A stretch of 64,000 nt of DNA from Nannocystales bacterium (GTDB lineage: Bacteria; Myxococcota_A; Polyangia; Nannocystales; Nannocystaceae), in assembly GCA_050633305.1 (NCBI GenBank), contig JBOEGF010000017.1:78433-142432 (forward strand). Direction: 5' to 3'. The stretch's first letter is position 1. Each line of letters opens with the position of its first letter. This document shows, piece after piece, positions 31,091-41,175 of the stretch. Below the pieces are notes generated by a model that worked only from the letters and a program-made list of their open reading frames with translations, searched no databases and was not told where the DNA came from. A program made the position numbers and the translations under genes.

Positions 31091-31909
31091 GTGTCCCAAG
31101 ACGCCCGCAAGGCAGCTGCCCTCATCGAAGAACGCGCCCCCGGGCGCTCCCCCAAGATCGGCCTCGTGCTGGGCTCAGGCCTCGGTGGCTTGGGCGACCA
31201 AGTCGAAAACGCGACGTCCTTCTCGTTCGCCGAACTCCCCGGTTTTCCTGAGCCGACCGTCGAGGGCCATGCGGGCCGCTTGATCCTCGGGACCCTGGCC
31301 GGAGTCGAAGTTGCCTGTCTCCAAGGCCGGGTCCACTTGTACGAGGGGCACCACGCCAACACCGTGCAGCCGCTCATTCGCACCCTCAAGCTGCTGGGCT
31401 GCGACAAACTCGTCCTCACCAACGCGGCCGGCGCCCTCGACCTGGACGCGAAGCCGGGACAGCTGATGCTGATCACCGATCACATCAACGGTCAGGGCAC
31501 CAGTCCACTGCTGGGCAAGAACGACGACAGCTTCGGCCCGCGCTTCCCCGCCATGACGGGCGCGTACTCCAAAGCGCTTCAGGAGCGCATCAAGGACGTC
31601 GCCAACAGGCAGGGGGTCACGCTTCGCGAAGGGACGTACATCGCGCTGCTCGGTCCCACCTTCGAGACTCCTGCGGAGATTCGGATGTGCCAGGCCATGG
31701 GCGCCAACGCAGTGGGAATGTCCACCGTGCCCGAGGTCATCGTCGCGCGTCATTGCGGGATGGAATGCGCCGCGGTCTCCGTCCTCACCAACATGGGCGC
31801 AGGACTCTCCGACGAAGAACTCAGCCACGACCAGACCCTCGAGTTCGCGAACAAGGCCTCGGCCACGCTCCAAGAGCTGATCAAGGGCTTCATCGGAACG
31901 TTCGCCTGA
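31091..31909 (+). CDS. punA: Purine-nucleoside phosphorylase (trimeric PunA/XapA type)
   Basis: VLGSGLG, VEGHAG, GRVHLYEG, TNAAG, GPTFETPAE, VGMSTVPE; SD AGGAG. Confidence 0.95.
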   Translation: MSQDARKAAALIEERAPGRSPKIGLVLGSGLGGLGDQVENATSFSFAELPGFPEPTVEGHAGRLILGTLAGVEVACLQGRVHLYEGHHANTVQPLIRTLKLLGCDKLVLTNAAGALDLDAKPGQLMLITDHINGQGTSPLLGKNDDSFGPRFPAMTGAYSKALQERIKDVANRQGVTLREGTYIALLGPTFETPAEIRMCQAMGANAVGMSTVPEVIVARHCGMECAAVSVLTNMGAGLSDEELSHDQTLEFANKASATLQELIKGFIGTFA

Positions 31910-32001
31910 CGGCCTGCGGACCAAGGGCGGATGACAGGCGGACTGCGAGCCAATCGCAGCCGGACCCCACGCGGGTCGAAACGCTGGAAGGAACACACGA
32001 T

Positions 32002-33018
32002 ATGGGCAAGAAGAAAGACAAAGACGCCAAGGCGCTTCGGGCGGTGGAAGCACCCAAGGAACGCCACACGTTCGAGCGCAACCCGGGCACTGCCCTCGAG
32101 CTCGACTGGGTGAAGGATCTTCGTGTGAACCGCAGCGCCGTCGAGCGTCGCGCGGGCACCATTCCGGGCCGGCGTAGCGTCAAGAAGGAGTGGCAAGCCG
32201 CGTGGCTCGTCCGTGCGATCCAGTGCATGGACCTCACCACCCTCTCCGGCGACGACACGCCCGGCCGTGTGCAGCGGCTCTGCGCGAAAGCCCGAGCACC
32301 GCTGTCTCCGTTCCTCATCGAAGGCCTCGGCCTGGGCCACGTCGGCCTCACCACCGGAGCGGTGTGCGTCTATCACGAGATGGTCCCCACCGCCGTGGCT
32401 GCACTCGAGGGGACCAACATCCCGGTCGCCGCCGTCTCGACCGGTTTCCCGCACGGGCTCTCCCCGCTCAAGCAGCGCATCAAGGAGATCGAAGCCTCGG
32501 TCGCCGCAGGTGCCAAGGAGATCGACATCGTCATCACCCGCGCTCACTTGTTCACGGGCAACTGGCAGGCGATGTACGACGAGGTGAAGGCCTACCGCGA
32601 AGCGTGCGGCGAAGCGCACCTCAAAGCGATCTTGGCGACCGGTGACCTCAACACCTTGCGCAACGTCGCGAAGGCGAGCTTGGTGTGCATGATGGCGGGT
32701 GCCGACTTCATCAAGACCTCCACGGGCAAAGAGTCGGTCAACGCGACGCTCCCGGTCAGCCTCGTCATGGTGCGGATGATCCGGGCATTCCGGGAACGCA
32801 CCGGACACATCATCGGCTTCAAGCCCGCTGGAGGAATCTCCAGTGCCAAGCTCTCGCTCACCTACCTCGCCCTGATGAAGGACGAGCTCGGGGACCGCTG
32901 GCTGCAGCCCGACCTGTTCCGCTTTGGCGCCAGCAGCTTGCTCGGCGATATCGAGCGGCAGCTCGAACACTTCCTCACGGGCCGCTACGCCGCCGGCTAC
33001 CGCCACCCCATGGCCTAA
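32002..33018 (+). CDS. deoC: Deoxyribose-phosphate aldolase (long type)
   Basis: MDLTTLSGDDT, GAKEIDIVI, HLKAILATG, GADFIKTSTGKE, GFKPAGG, FRFGASSLL. Confidence 0.97.
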   Translation: MGKKKDKDAKALRAVEAPKERHTFERNPGTALELDWVKDLRVNRSAVERRAGTIPGRRSVKKEWQAAWLVRAIQCMDLTTLSGDDTPGRVQRLCAKARAPLSPFLIEGLGLGHVGLTTGAVCVYHEMVPTAVAALEGTNIPVAAVSTGFPHGLSPLKQRIKEIEASVAAGAKEIDIVITRAHLFTGNWQAMYDEVKAYREACGEAHLKAILATGDLNTLRNVAKASLVCMMAGADFIKTSTGKESVNATLPVSLVMVRMIRAFRERTGHIIGFKPAGGISSAKLSLTYLALMKDELGDRWLQPDLFRFGASSLLGDIERQLEHFLTGRYAAGYRHPMA

Positions 33019-33067
33019 ACGGGCCCCAATCGGCCCCCACCGCGAACAACGCGAAGGACGACTTCCC

Positions 33068-35473
33068 ATGACCAACGTCGCCGACATTCTCGAGACCATG
33101 GAGTACGGACCCGCCCCCGAGGGTGATGGACCGGCTCGCGCATGGCTGGACGCCCACAGCAGCCGCTTCGGACTATTCATCGGGGGCACGTGGACCGAGC
33201 CCGACACGGGCAAGTGGTTCGCCGCCGAAAACCCCGCGACGGGCGAGAGCATCGCCCAGCTTGCGCAGGCTGGCTCGCGCAGCGTCGACGAAGCGGTCGC
33301 GGCCGCCCGCGCCGCACAGCCGGCGTGGGCGGGACTCGGCGGCCCCGGACGAGCTCGATACCTCTACGCGCTCGCACGCCTGGTGCAGCGCCACAGCCGT
33401 CTGCTGTCGGTCGTCGAGACCCTCGACAACGGCAAGCCGATCCGCGAGACCCGAGACATCGACATCCCACTGGTCGCCCGGCACTTCTATCACCACGCAG
33501 GGTGGGCCCAACTGTTCGAACAGGAGCTGCCCGACATGGCTCCGGTGGGTGTCGTCGGCCAGGTGATCCCGTGGAACTTCCCGCTGCTGATGGCCGCGTG
33601 GAAAATCGCCCCGGCGATTGCGGCCGGCAACACCGTCGTTCTCAAGCCGGCCGAGTTCACCAGCCTTTCTGCGCTGCTGTTCGCTGAGCTGTGCCAGAAG
33701 GCCGGCCTTCCCCCAGGCGTCGTCAACATCATCACGGGCGACGGAAGCACGGGCGCCGCCCTCGTCGAACACGAAGACGTCAACAAGGTCGCCTTCACTG
33801 GATCGACCGAGGTCGGCAAGATCATCCGCAACGCCACAGCGGGCAGCGGCAAGCACCTCACGCTCGAGTTGGGGGGTAAGAGCCCGTTCATCGTCTTCGC
33901 GGACGCCGACCTCGACTCCGCGGTCGAAGGTGTGGTCGATGCGATCTGGTTCAACCAAGGTCAGGTGTGCTGCGCCGGCTCCCGTCTGTTGATCCAAGAA
34001 GAGATCGCGGACGCCATGATCGCCAAGCTCAAAGCACGCATGGAGACGCTGCGGGTCGGCAACCCGCTCGACAAGTGCGTCGACGTGGGCGCCATCGTGG
34101 CGCCGGTTCAAGTCGAGATGATCGACAAGATGGTGCAGCAAGGCGTCCGCGAAGGCGCCACGCTCCACCAGCCCAGCGGCGGCTGTCCCAAAGAGGGTAG
34201 TTTCTATCCCCCCACCCTGCTCACCGGGGTCCAGCCCGCGTCCACCGTTGCCCAGGAGGAGATCTTCGGGCCCGTCCTCGTCGCCATGACGTTCCGGACA
34301 CCCGACGAGGCGGTGGCCCTCGCCAACAACACCAAGTACGGCCTCGCCGCCAGCGTGTGGAGCGAGAGCATCAACCAAGCGCTCGACGTCGCCCCACGGA
34401 TTCATGCCGGCGTGATCTGGGTGAACAGCACCAACATGTTCGACGCCGCGTGTGGCTTTGGTGGCTACCGAGAGTCCGGCTTCGGGCGCGAAGGCGGCAT
34501 CGAAGGCATGCACGCGTACGTCGAACCAGCGTTCCTGCACGAGCTTCCGAAGTACGAAGACCAGGCATCCGAGACCGCGACCTACCCCGGCGCAGTGCCC
34601 GACGGCGGCCTCCCCACGGGGCCCGGCGGTCTGGACCGCACCGCCAAGCTCTACGTCGGCGGCAAGCAATCCCGCCCCGACGGCGGCTACAGCCGGAGCA
34701 TCCTGTCTCCTGAAGGCACGATGGTCGGCGAGGTTGGAGAGGGCAACCGCAAGGATATTCGCAACGCGGTCGAAGCGGCTCGGAAGCAGACCGCCTGGCC
34801 CAAGGCCACGAGCCACAACAAAGCGCAGGTCCTGTACTACATCGCGGAGAACCTTGAGGCGCGCGCCTCCGAATTCGCGGGCCGCATCCAGTCGATGACC
34901 GGCGTTGGGGCGGACGAAGCCGCCGCCGAGGTGGCGACCACCGTCCGCCGACTGTTCAGCTACGGCGCTTGGGCCGACAAGTACGAGGGGCGTGTGCACT
35001 CGCCTCCGCTGCGCAACGTCACCCTCGCGATGAACGAACCGGTCGGCATCCTGGGCATCGTGTGCCCCGACGACCGCCCGTTGCTGTCGTTCATCTCTCT
35101 CGTCGCCCCGGCCATCGCCATGGGCAACCGCGTGGTGGCCGTGCCCTCCGAGCGCCATCCGCTGGCGGCGACCGACCTGTACCAGGTGCTCGACACGTCC
35201 GACCTCCCTGGCGGCGTGCTCAACATCGTCACGGGCCAAAGCGCTGGACTCAGCAAGGTGTTGGCCGGACACGATGAGGTCGATGCGATCTGGTACGTCG
35301 GGCCAGAAGCCGGCAGCAAGCAGATCGAGGCGCTGTCGGTCGGCAACATGAAGCGCACGTGGGTCAACGATGGCCGGCAGCGTGACTGGATGGATCCCCG
35401 CCAGGGCGAGGGTCGCGAGTTCCTGCGCGAAGCGGTGCAGGTCAAGAACATCTGGGTCCCATACGGAGAGTGA
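33068..35473 (+). CDS. Aldehyde dehydrogenase, ALDH16-like (~800 aa, extra C-terminal half-domain)
   Basis: IPWNFPL, FTGSTEVG, LELGGKSP, FNQGQVCCAGSR, EEIFGPV, FGGYRESGFGREGG; second ALDH-like N-domain from RTAKLYVGGK. Confidence 0.95.
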   Translation: MTNVADILETMEYGPAPEGDGPARAWLDAHSSRFGLFIGGTWTEPDTGKWFAAENPATGESIAQLAQAGSRSVDEAVAAARAAQPAWAGLGGPGRARYLYALARLVQRHSRLLSVVETLDNGKPIRETRDIDIPLVARHFYHHAGWAQLFEQELPDMAPVGVVGQVIPWNFPLLMAAWKIAPAIAAGNTVVLKPAEFTSLSALLFAELCQKAGLPPGVVNIITGDGSTGAALVEHEDVNKVAFTGSTEVGKIIRNATAGSGKHLTLELGGKSPFIVFADADLDSAVEGVVDAIWFNQGQVCCAGSRLLIQEEIADAMIAKLKARMETLRVGNPLDKCVDVGAIVAPVQVEMIDKMVQQGVREGATLHQPSGGCPKEGSFYPPTLLTGVQPASTVAQEEIFGPVLVAMTFRTPDEAVALANNTKYGLAASVWSESINQALDVAPRIHAGVIWVNSTNMFDAACGFGGYRESGFGREGGIEGMHAYVEPAFLHELPKYEDQASETATYPGAVPDGGLPTGPGGLDRTAKLYVGGKQSRPDGGYSRSILSPEGTMVGEVGEGNRKDIRNAVEAARKQTAWPKATSHNKAQVLYYIAENLEARASEFAGRIQSMTGVGADEAAAEVATTVRRLFSYGAWADKYEGRVHSPPLRNVTLAMNEPVGILGIVCPDDRPLLSFISLVAPAIAMGNRVVAVPSERHPLAATDLYQVLDTSDLPGGVLNIVTGQSAGLSKVLAGHDEVDAIWYVGPEAGSKQIEALSVGNMKRTWVNDGRQRDWMDPRQGEGREFLREAVQVKNIWVPYGE

Positions 35474-36822
35474 ACCGCATGTCGTTGCTTCCTCAGGAGA
35501 TCATCCGTCACAAGCGTGACGGCAAGGCCCTTTCCACCGAAGAGGTCCAGGCGTTCGCCGACGGCCTCACCCATGGCGGGTTCACGGAGGGGCAAGTCGC
35601 AGCTTTTGCCATGGCCGTGTTCTTCCAGGGCATGAGCATGGACGAGCGCATCACGCTGACCCAGGCGATGACGCGCTCTGGCGAGGTCCTCGACTGGTCC
35701 AAGCACGACTTCGGCAAACCCATCGTCGACAAGCACAGCACCGGGGGCGTCGGCGACAAAGTCAGCTTGATGCTCGCCCCCATGCTGGCGGCGTGCGGGA
35801 CCGTGGTGCCGATGATCTCCGGGCGGGGTCTGGGGCACACCGGAGGGACACTCGACAAACTCGAGGCGATCGAAGGCTACGTGGCAAAACCCAGTCCCGA
35901 ACTGTGGGGCAAAGCCCTGCACGAGGCGGGGTGCGCGATCATTGGACAAACCGGCGACATTGCCCCGGCCGACCGACGCTTCTATTCGATCCGCGACGTC
36001 ACCGCGACCGTCGAGTCCATCCCGCTCATCACGGCCTCCATCCTCTCCAAGAAACTGGCGGCCGGGCTGCAGCGGTTGGTCATCGACGTGAAGTTCGGGT
36101 CTGGCGCCTTCGCCAGCTCCTACGAGATGGCCCAAGAGCTCGCCCACAGCCTCGTCGAGGTGGCGACGGGTGCGGGGCTCCCCACCACCGCGCTGCTCAC
36201 CGACATGAACGAGGTGCTCGGTCGCACCGCGGGCAATGCCGTGGAGACACGGGAATCGATCGACTACCTCACCGGAGCCGCGCGCGATCCTCGTCTGCAT
36301 GAGGTCACGCTCGCGTTGTGTTCCGAGCTGCTCGTCGGCGCGGGCCTCCACGCCGACGACGCGTCGGCCCGGGCCGCACTGCAGACCTGCCTGGACGACG
36401 GGAGCGCCGCGGAGCGATTCGCCACCATGGTCCGCTCGCTCGGCGGCCCTTCAGACCTGGTCGAAAATCCCGGCGCGTACCTGCCGCTCCCGGAGGTCAC
36501 CCTGGACGTTTCACCCGAGCATGAAGGTGTCGTCGAGGGTATTGACACCCGGGCGGTGGGCATCGCGGTCGTGGACCTCGGCGGCGGACGTCGTCGTCCC
36601 GAGGACGATGTCGACCCGCTGGTTGGTCTCACCGACGTCGCGGGCCTTGGCGAGACCGTCAATGCCGACACGCCGTTGTGTCGGGTGCACGCGCGGACAC
36701 AGGCCCAGGCCGAAGCCGCGGCCGCTCAGATTCGAACGGCGTTCTCACTTCGCAACGCCGCCGTGACCCCGACCCCGATCGTGGTTGAGCGAATCGCAGC
36801 TGGTTCGACCCCTCATCGGTAG
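35470..36822 (+). CDS. deoA: Thymidine phosphorylase
   Basis: LPQEIIRHKRDG, DKHSTGGVGDK, MISGRGLGHTGGTLDKLE, SILSKKLAAG; start GTG 35470 or ATG 35479. Confidence 0.96.
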   Translation: MNRMSLLPQEIIRHKRDGKALSTEEVQAFADGLTHGGFTEGQVAAFAMAVFFQGMSMDERITLTQAMTRSGEVLDWSKHDFGKPIVDKHSTGGVGDKVSLMLAPMLAACGTVVPMISGRGLGHTGGTLDKLEAIEGYVAKPSPELWGKALHEAGCAIIGQTGDIAPADRRFYSIRDVTATVESIPLITASILSKKLAAGLQRLVIDVKFGSGAFASSYEMAQELAHSLVEVATGAGLPTTALLTDMNEVLGRTAGNAVETRESIDYLTGAARDPRLHEVTLALCSELLVGAGLHADDASARAALQTCLDDGSAAERFATMVRSLGGPSDLVENPGAYLPLPEVTLDVSPEHEGVVEGIDTRAVGIAVVDLGGGRRRPEDDVDPLVGLTDVAGLGETVNADTPLCRVHARTQAQAEAAAAQIRTAFSLRNAAVTPTPIVVERIAAGSTPHR

Positions 36823-36839
36823 CCAACATGGCGTCTCCA

Positions 36840-36878
36840 AGGACGCGGCCACGTCGTCGCAGACAGAAGCCGCGTCCT
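36840..36878. terminator. Inverted repeat after deoA
   Basis: AGGACGCGGC ... GCCGCGTCCT (10-bp stem, long loop). Confidence 0.35.
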
Positions 36879-36906
36879 GCGACCTCGTGTCCGATGCGGG
36901 CCGAAA

Positions 36907-36953
36907 CCACAACATCTAGTTGACACGGCGCCAGTCGACACAATATACAGACC
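36907..36953 (+). promoter_or_regulatory. Tandem NrdR boxes overlapping a sigma70-type promoter
   Basis: CCACAACATCTAGTTG (36907-36922) and ACACAATATACAGACC (36938-36953), 31 bp apart; TTGACA at 36920-36925; upstream of nrdA. Confidence 0.8.
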
Positions 36954-37157
36954 TTGCGATGGTGCTTCCGACGTCCGCGTCGGAGGCCGAAAGAGGGAAC
37001 CCGGTGTGAATCCGGGGCTGCCCCGCAGCGGTCAACGAGAACGAACCCCACGACAAGCACTGGTCGGCATTTCGGCTGGGAAGCGGTGGGTACTAGGCGT
37101 CTGCATCCGGATCATTTCCGGGTCGGCACGCTCGTGAGCCCGAATACCTGCCCTCGC
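36954..37157 (+). ncRNA. Cobalamin (B12) riboswitch
   Basis: GGTGC...AAGAGGGAACCCGGTGTGAATCCGGGGCTGCCCCGCAGCGGT, GCACTGG...CTGGGAAG, B12 box GAGCCCGAATACCTGCC (37136-37152). Confidence 0.93.
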
Positions 37158-37410
37158 CTGGCGCCCACCAACATCGGTGCCTGCTCGACCTGGAGGCCTC
37201 GCGGGAGGCATCGGTCCGAACCAACCCTGGGGTGCGCCTGCACGCTGTGGTCTCGGCACCGTCCTTTCTTCCGCGCGACCTCCGTCGCCCGCGGGGGCGA
37301 GGGTTGGTCCAAGGGCACCGTGGCTCTGGGCGTCTGCATGCGCAGCTGCCCGCGACCGATCCGTTTTCTCCTCCGCGGTCCTTCTTGCCCGAGGAACGAG
37401 AGGAGAACTC

Positions 37411-39768
37411 ATGTCCACCCTACCCCCCCCAGTCCCCGCCCCATCCGCAGTGCATTCGTCGATGCGCGTACGCAAGCGATGCGGTGAAACCCAACGCGTC
37501 GACCTGGTCCGTATCGTCAACGCCATCAACCGCCACTGCGACGGTCTCATGGGCGTCGATGCCCACCGCATCGCGACCGCCACCATCGGAGGCCTCGTCG
37601 ACGGCTCCACCACACGCGAGCTCGACGACCTTTCGATCCGCGCCGCGGCTGCACTCACCTACGAAGAGCCCGCCTACTCGAAGCTCGCCGCTCGTCTGCT
37701 GTGTGCGTCGGTCGAGGACGACGTCGCTGCACAGGGCGTCACAGACATCACGACATACGTCGAACGCGGCCGTTCGCTCAACCTGCTCAACGAGCGGTTG
37801 TGTCGATTCTTGCTCGAGCATGCCGGCCCCCTACAAGCCGCACTCGACCCGTCGCGAAACCGAGCCTTCGAATACTTCGGTCTGCGGACGCTGCACGACC
37901 GGTACCTGCTGCGTCATCCCCACACACGCGTGGTCCTCGAGACGCCGCAGCTGTTCTTCCTGCGCGTCGCCGCGGCCCTGTCGGACTCCCCGAGCTCCAC
38001 CATCGAGTTGTACGACCTGCTCTCATCCTTGGACTACCTCCCCAGCTCGCCCACGCTCTTCAACGCCGGGACCACGCACGAGCAGCTCTCCAGCTGTTTC
38101 CTCCTCGACTCGCCCCAGGACCACCTGGAAGACATCTACGGTCGCTACACCGACGTTGCGATGCTCTCGAAGTTCTCCGGAGGCATCGGGCTCGCCTTTC
38201 ATCGGGTGCGCTCGCGTGGTTCGCTGATCGAGAGCACCAACGGACGCAGCAGCGGCATCGTGCCGTGGCTCAAGACCCTGGATGCGTCCGTCGCAGCGGT
38301 CAACCAGGGGGGACGTCGCAAGGGCGCGTGCTGCGTGTACCTCGAACCCTGGCACGCGGACGTCGAGGCATTCTTGGAGCTCCGGAACAACACCGGGGAC
38401 GAGGCGCAGCGGACCCACAACCTCAACCTCGCCAACTGGATCCCCGACCTGTTCATGCAACGCGTCGAGGCCGACGGAACCTGGAGCCTGTTCGACCCCA
38501 AGGTTGTTCCAGACCTCCCCGACCTGTGGGGAGACGCCTTCGTCGCCCGGTACGAGGCAGCCGAGCAGGCCGGCCTCGCCACCAAATCGATCCCCGCCCG
38601 AGAACTCTACGCGCGGATGATGCGGACCCTGGCCCAGACCGGCAACGGGTGGATGACCTTCAAGGACGCGTGCAACCGGAGCTGCAACCAGGCCGCGCAG
38701 GAGGACAACGTCGTGCATCTGTCCAACCTGTGCACCGAGATTGTGGAGGTCAGCTCCGACGGCGAGGCTGCGGTCTGCAACCTGGGGTCTGTGAACCTCG
38801 CGCAGCACACGGTGCGCAGCGGCTCGCAGGTGCAGTTCGACTTCGACAAGCTCGCCCGCACCGTCCGAGTCGCGGTCGGACAACTCGACGCTGTCATCGA
38901 CCTCAACCTGTACCCGATCGCGTCCACGAGTCGCTCCAACGCCCGCTGGCGACCCGTCGGTCTGGGCATCATGGGATTGCAGGACGTGTTCTTCCAGATG
39001 CGGGTGCCCTTCGACAGCCCCGAGGCTCGCGCGCTCTCCCGAAGGATCGCCGAACACATCTACTTCGAAGCCCTGACCAAGTCGTGCGAACTTGCGGAGG
39101 ACGCCGGAGCTCACCCCGCGTTCGCGCAGACTCGCGCCGCCCGTGGCGAGCTTCAGTTTGATGCGTGGGACACCGAACCGTCCGAAGCCCTGGACTGGCC
39201 TGGACTCCGCGCACGCATCCAGCGGTCCGGCCTGCGCAACTCGTTGCTCGTCGCGATCGCCCCCACCGCCACCATCGCCTCGATCGCTGGCTGCTACGAG
39301 TGCATCGAGCCGCAGGTCTCGAACTTGTTCAAACGCGAGACCCTCTCCGGCGACTTTCTCCAGGTCAACCGCTACCTCGTCGAAACGCTCCGCGAGCAGG
39401 GTTTGTGGACGCCAGAGGTCCGGGATGCGATCAAGGAAGCCGAGGGCTCGGTGCAAGCCTTGTCCGGACTTTCCGAGGACGACAAGGCTCTGTTCCGGAC
39501 CGCGTGGGAGCTGCCCATGCGATCGCTGATCGACATGGCCGCGGACCGAGGCGCCTTCATCGACCAGAGCCAATCCTTCAACCTGTTCGTGGAGAGTCCT
39601 GAGATCGGCCGTCTGTCGTCGATGTACTTCTACGCCTGGAAACGCGGGCTCAAGACGACCTACTACCTGCGCTCGAGGCCCGCGACACGGATCGCGAAAG
39701 CCACGGTCCGCGACACGAAGATCGCGTGCTCCCTCGAGAACCCCGAAAGCTGCGAGGCGTGCCAATGA
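37411..39768 (+). CDS. nrdA: Ribonucleoside-diphosphate reductase class Ia, alpha subunit
   Basis: ATP-cone MRVRKRCG, SPTLFNAG, SSCFL, SNLCTEI, VCNLGS, APTATIA, KTTYYLR, C-terminal CEACQ; SD GAGGAG. Confidence 0.97.
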   Translation: MSTLPPPVPAPSAVHSSMRVRKRCGETQRVDLVRIVNAINRHCDGLMGVDAHRIATATIGGLVDGSTTRELDDLSIRAAAALTYEEPAYSKLAARLLCASVEDDVAAQGVTDITTYVERGRSLNLLNERLCRFLLEHAGPLQAALDPSRNRAFEYFGLRTLHDRYLLRHPHTRVVLETPQLFFLRVAAALSDSPSSTIELYDLLSSLDYLPSSPTLFNAGTTHEQLSSCFLLDSPQDHLEDIYGRYTDVAMLSKFSGGIGLAFHRVRSRGSLIESTNGRSSGIVPWLKTLDASVAAVNQGGRRKGACCVYLEPWHADVEAFLELRNNTGDEAQRTHNLNLANWIPDLFMQRVEADGTWSLFDPKVVPDLPDLWGDAFVARYEAAEQAGLATKSIPARELYARMMRTLAQTGNGWMTFKDACNRSCNQAAQEDNVVHLSNLCTEIVEVSSDGEAAVCNLGSVNLAQHTVRSGSQVQFDFDKLARTVRVAVGQLDAVIDLNLYPIASTSRSNARWRPVGLGIMGLQDVFFQMRVPFDSPEARALSRRIAEHIYFEALTKSCELAEDAGAHPAFAQTRAARGELQFDAWDTEPSEALDWPGLRARIQRSGLRNSLLVAIAPTATIASIAGCYECIEPQVSNLFKRETLSGDFLQVNRYLVETLREQGLWTPEVRDAIKEAEGSVQALSGLSEDDKALFRTAWELPMRSLIDMAADRGAFIDQSQSFNLFVESPEIGRLSSMYFYAWKRGLKTTYYLRSRPATRIAKATVRDTKIACSLENPESCEACQ

Positions 39769-40787
39769 GCGCCGTCCTTCGCCCCGCATCCCTGCTCGAC
39801 CCGGGGTTGTGTTTGACCCTTCGCCCGATGGTCTACCCCCAGTACTTCGACATGTACCGGGACGCGATCAAGAACACCTGGACGGTCGACGAAGTGGAGT
39901 TCTCGAGGGATGTCTCTGACCTCCACGGTGGCATGAGCCCCGCAGAGCGGCATCTCATCGAGCGCCTCGTCGCCTTCTTTGCGACGGGCGACTCGATCGT
40001 CGCCAACAACGTGGTGCTCGCGCTGTATCGCCACATCAATGCCCCGGAGGCCCGGATGTACCTGTCTCGTCAGCTGTACGAGGAAGCGTTGCATGTGCAG
40101 TTCTACCTCACGCTATTGGACACCTACGTGCCTGACCCCGACGCACGGCACCAGGCGTTCGCTGCGATCGAGACCATCCCGTCCATCCAGCGCAAGGCCG
40201 ACTTCTGCCTCAAATGGCTCGACTCGATGGCGTCTCGCGAGCGTCTCGAATCCAGGGACGACCGTCGCCAGTTCCTGCTCAACCTCATCTGCTTTGCGGC
40301 CTGCGTGGAGGGGCTGTTCTTCTTCGGCGCGTTCGCCTACGTGTACTTCCTACGCTCCCGCGGATTGCTGCAAGGGTTGGCCACCGGGACGAGTTGGGTG
40401 TTTCGCGACGAGAGCGGCCACATGCGGTTCGCCTTCGATGTCGTTGACACAATCCGCCGCGAGCACCCGGACCTCTTCGATGCATCGCTCGAGCGAGATG
40501 TGCGCGCCATGATCGTCGAGGCGGTGGACTGCGAGGCGATGTTTGCCGACGACCTGCTTGGCCAAGGGGTCGCGGGGCTGAGTCCGGCCGACGTCCGGCA
40601 GTACATCGAACACTGTGCCGATCAACGCTTGGCCAGACTTGGGATGCGCCCGCTGTACGGGAGCACAAACCCCCTGGCGTTCATGGAGTTGCAGGACGTG
40701 CAAGAGGTGACCAACTTCTTCGAGCGACGTCCCTCCGCCTACCAAGTGGCGGTGGAAGGGAAGGTGGAGCTCGATGTCGCCTTCTGA
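39765..40787 (+). CDS. nrdB: Ribonucleoside-diphosphate reductase class Ia, beta subunit
   Basis: FFATGDSIV, EEALHVQFY (radical Tyr position occupied), VEGLFF, RDESGH, NFFERRPSAY; ATGA overlap. Confidence 0.97.
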   Translation: MSAVLRPASLLDPGLCLTLRPMVYPQYFDMYRDAIKNTWTVDEVEFSRDVSDLHGGMSPAERHLIERLVAFFATGDSIVANNVVLALYRHINAPEARMYLSRQLYEEALHVQFYLTLLDTYVPDPDARHQAFAAIETIPSIQRKADFCLKWLDSMASRERLESRDDRRQFLLNLICFAACVEGLFFFGAFAYVYFLRSRGLLQGLATGTSWVFRDESGHMRFAFDVVDTIRREHPDLFDASLERDVRAMIVEAVDCEAMFADDLLGQGVAGLSPADVRQYIEHCADQRLARLGMRPLYGSTNPLAFMELQDVQEVTNFFERRPSAYQVAVEGKVELDVAF

Positions 40788-41175
40788 ACCCATCCGCCTC
40801 ATCGAGATGGTCTTCCCCGAACAAACCAACCACTACGGCACTCTGTTCGGGGGCCAAGCCCTGGCGTTGATGGACAAGGCGGCCTTTATCGCCGCCTCGC
40901 GATACTGCCGCCGTACGGTTGTCACCGCGAGCAGCGAGCGCTGTGACTTCATCAGCGCTGTGCGACAGGGGCAGATCGCCGAGCTGGAGGCGCGCGTCGT
41001 CTCGACCGGACGAACATCGATGACCGTTGAGGTAGACCTCGTCGGCGAGGATCTCCTCAGCGGGACTCGCAACCTCGCCACGCGTGGCCGCTTCACCATG
41101 GTCGCCCTCGACGATGCAGGCCGCCCCACGCCCGTCGTTCCAGCTCCGTCCTCGTGTCGTGGAACAGAACGCTAG
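40774..41175 (+). CDS. HotDog-fold acyl-CoA thioesterase (YciA-like)
   Basis: VFPEQTNHYGTLFGGQALALMD, VVSTGRTSMTVEV, MVALDDAGRPTPV; overlaps nrdB stop. Confidence 0.9.
   Translation: MSPSEPIRLIEMVFPEQTNHYGTLFGGQALALMDKAAFIAASRYCRRTVVTASSERCDFISAVRQGQIAELEARVVSTGRTSMTVEVDLVGEDLLSGTRNLATRGRFTMVALDDAGRPTPVVPAPSSCRGTER

Noticed and set aside
39765..40787. Class Ic or metal-free RNR beta subunit
   Set aside because: Asp first ligand, both ExxH motifs and the radical Tyr are present
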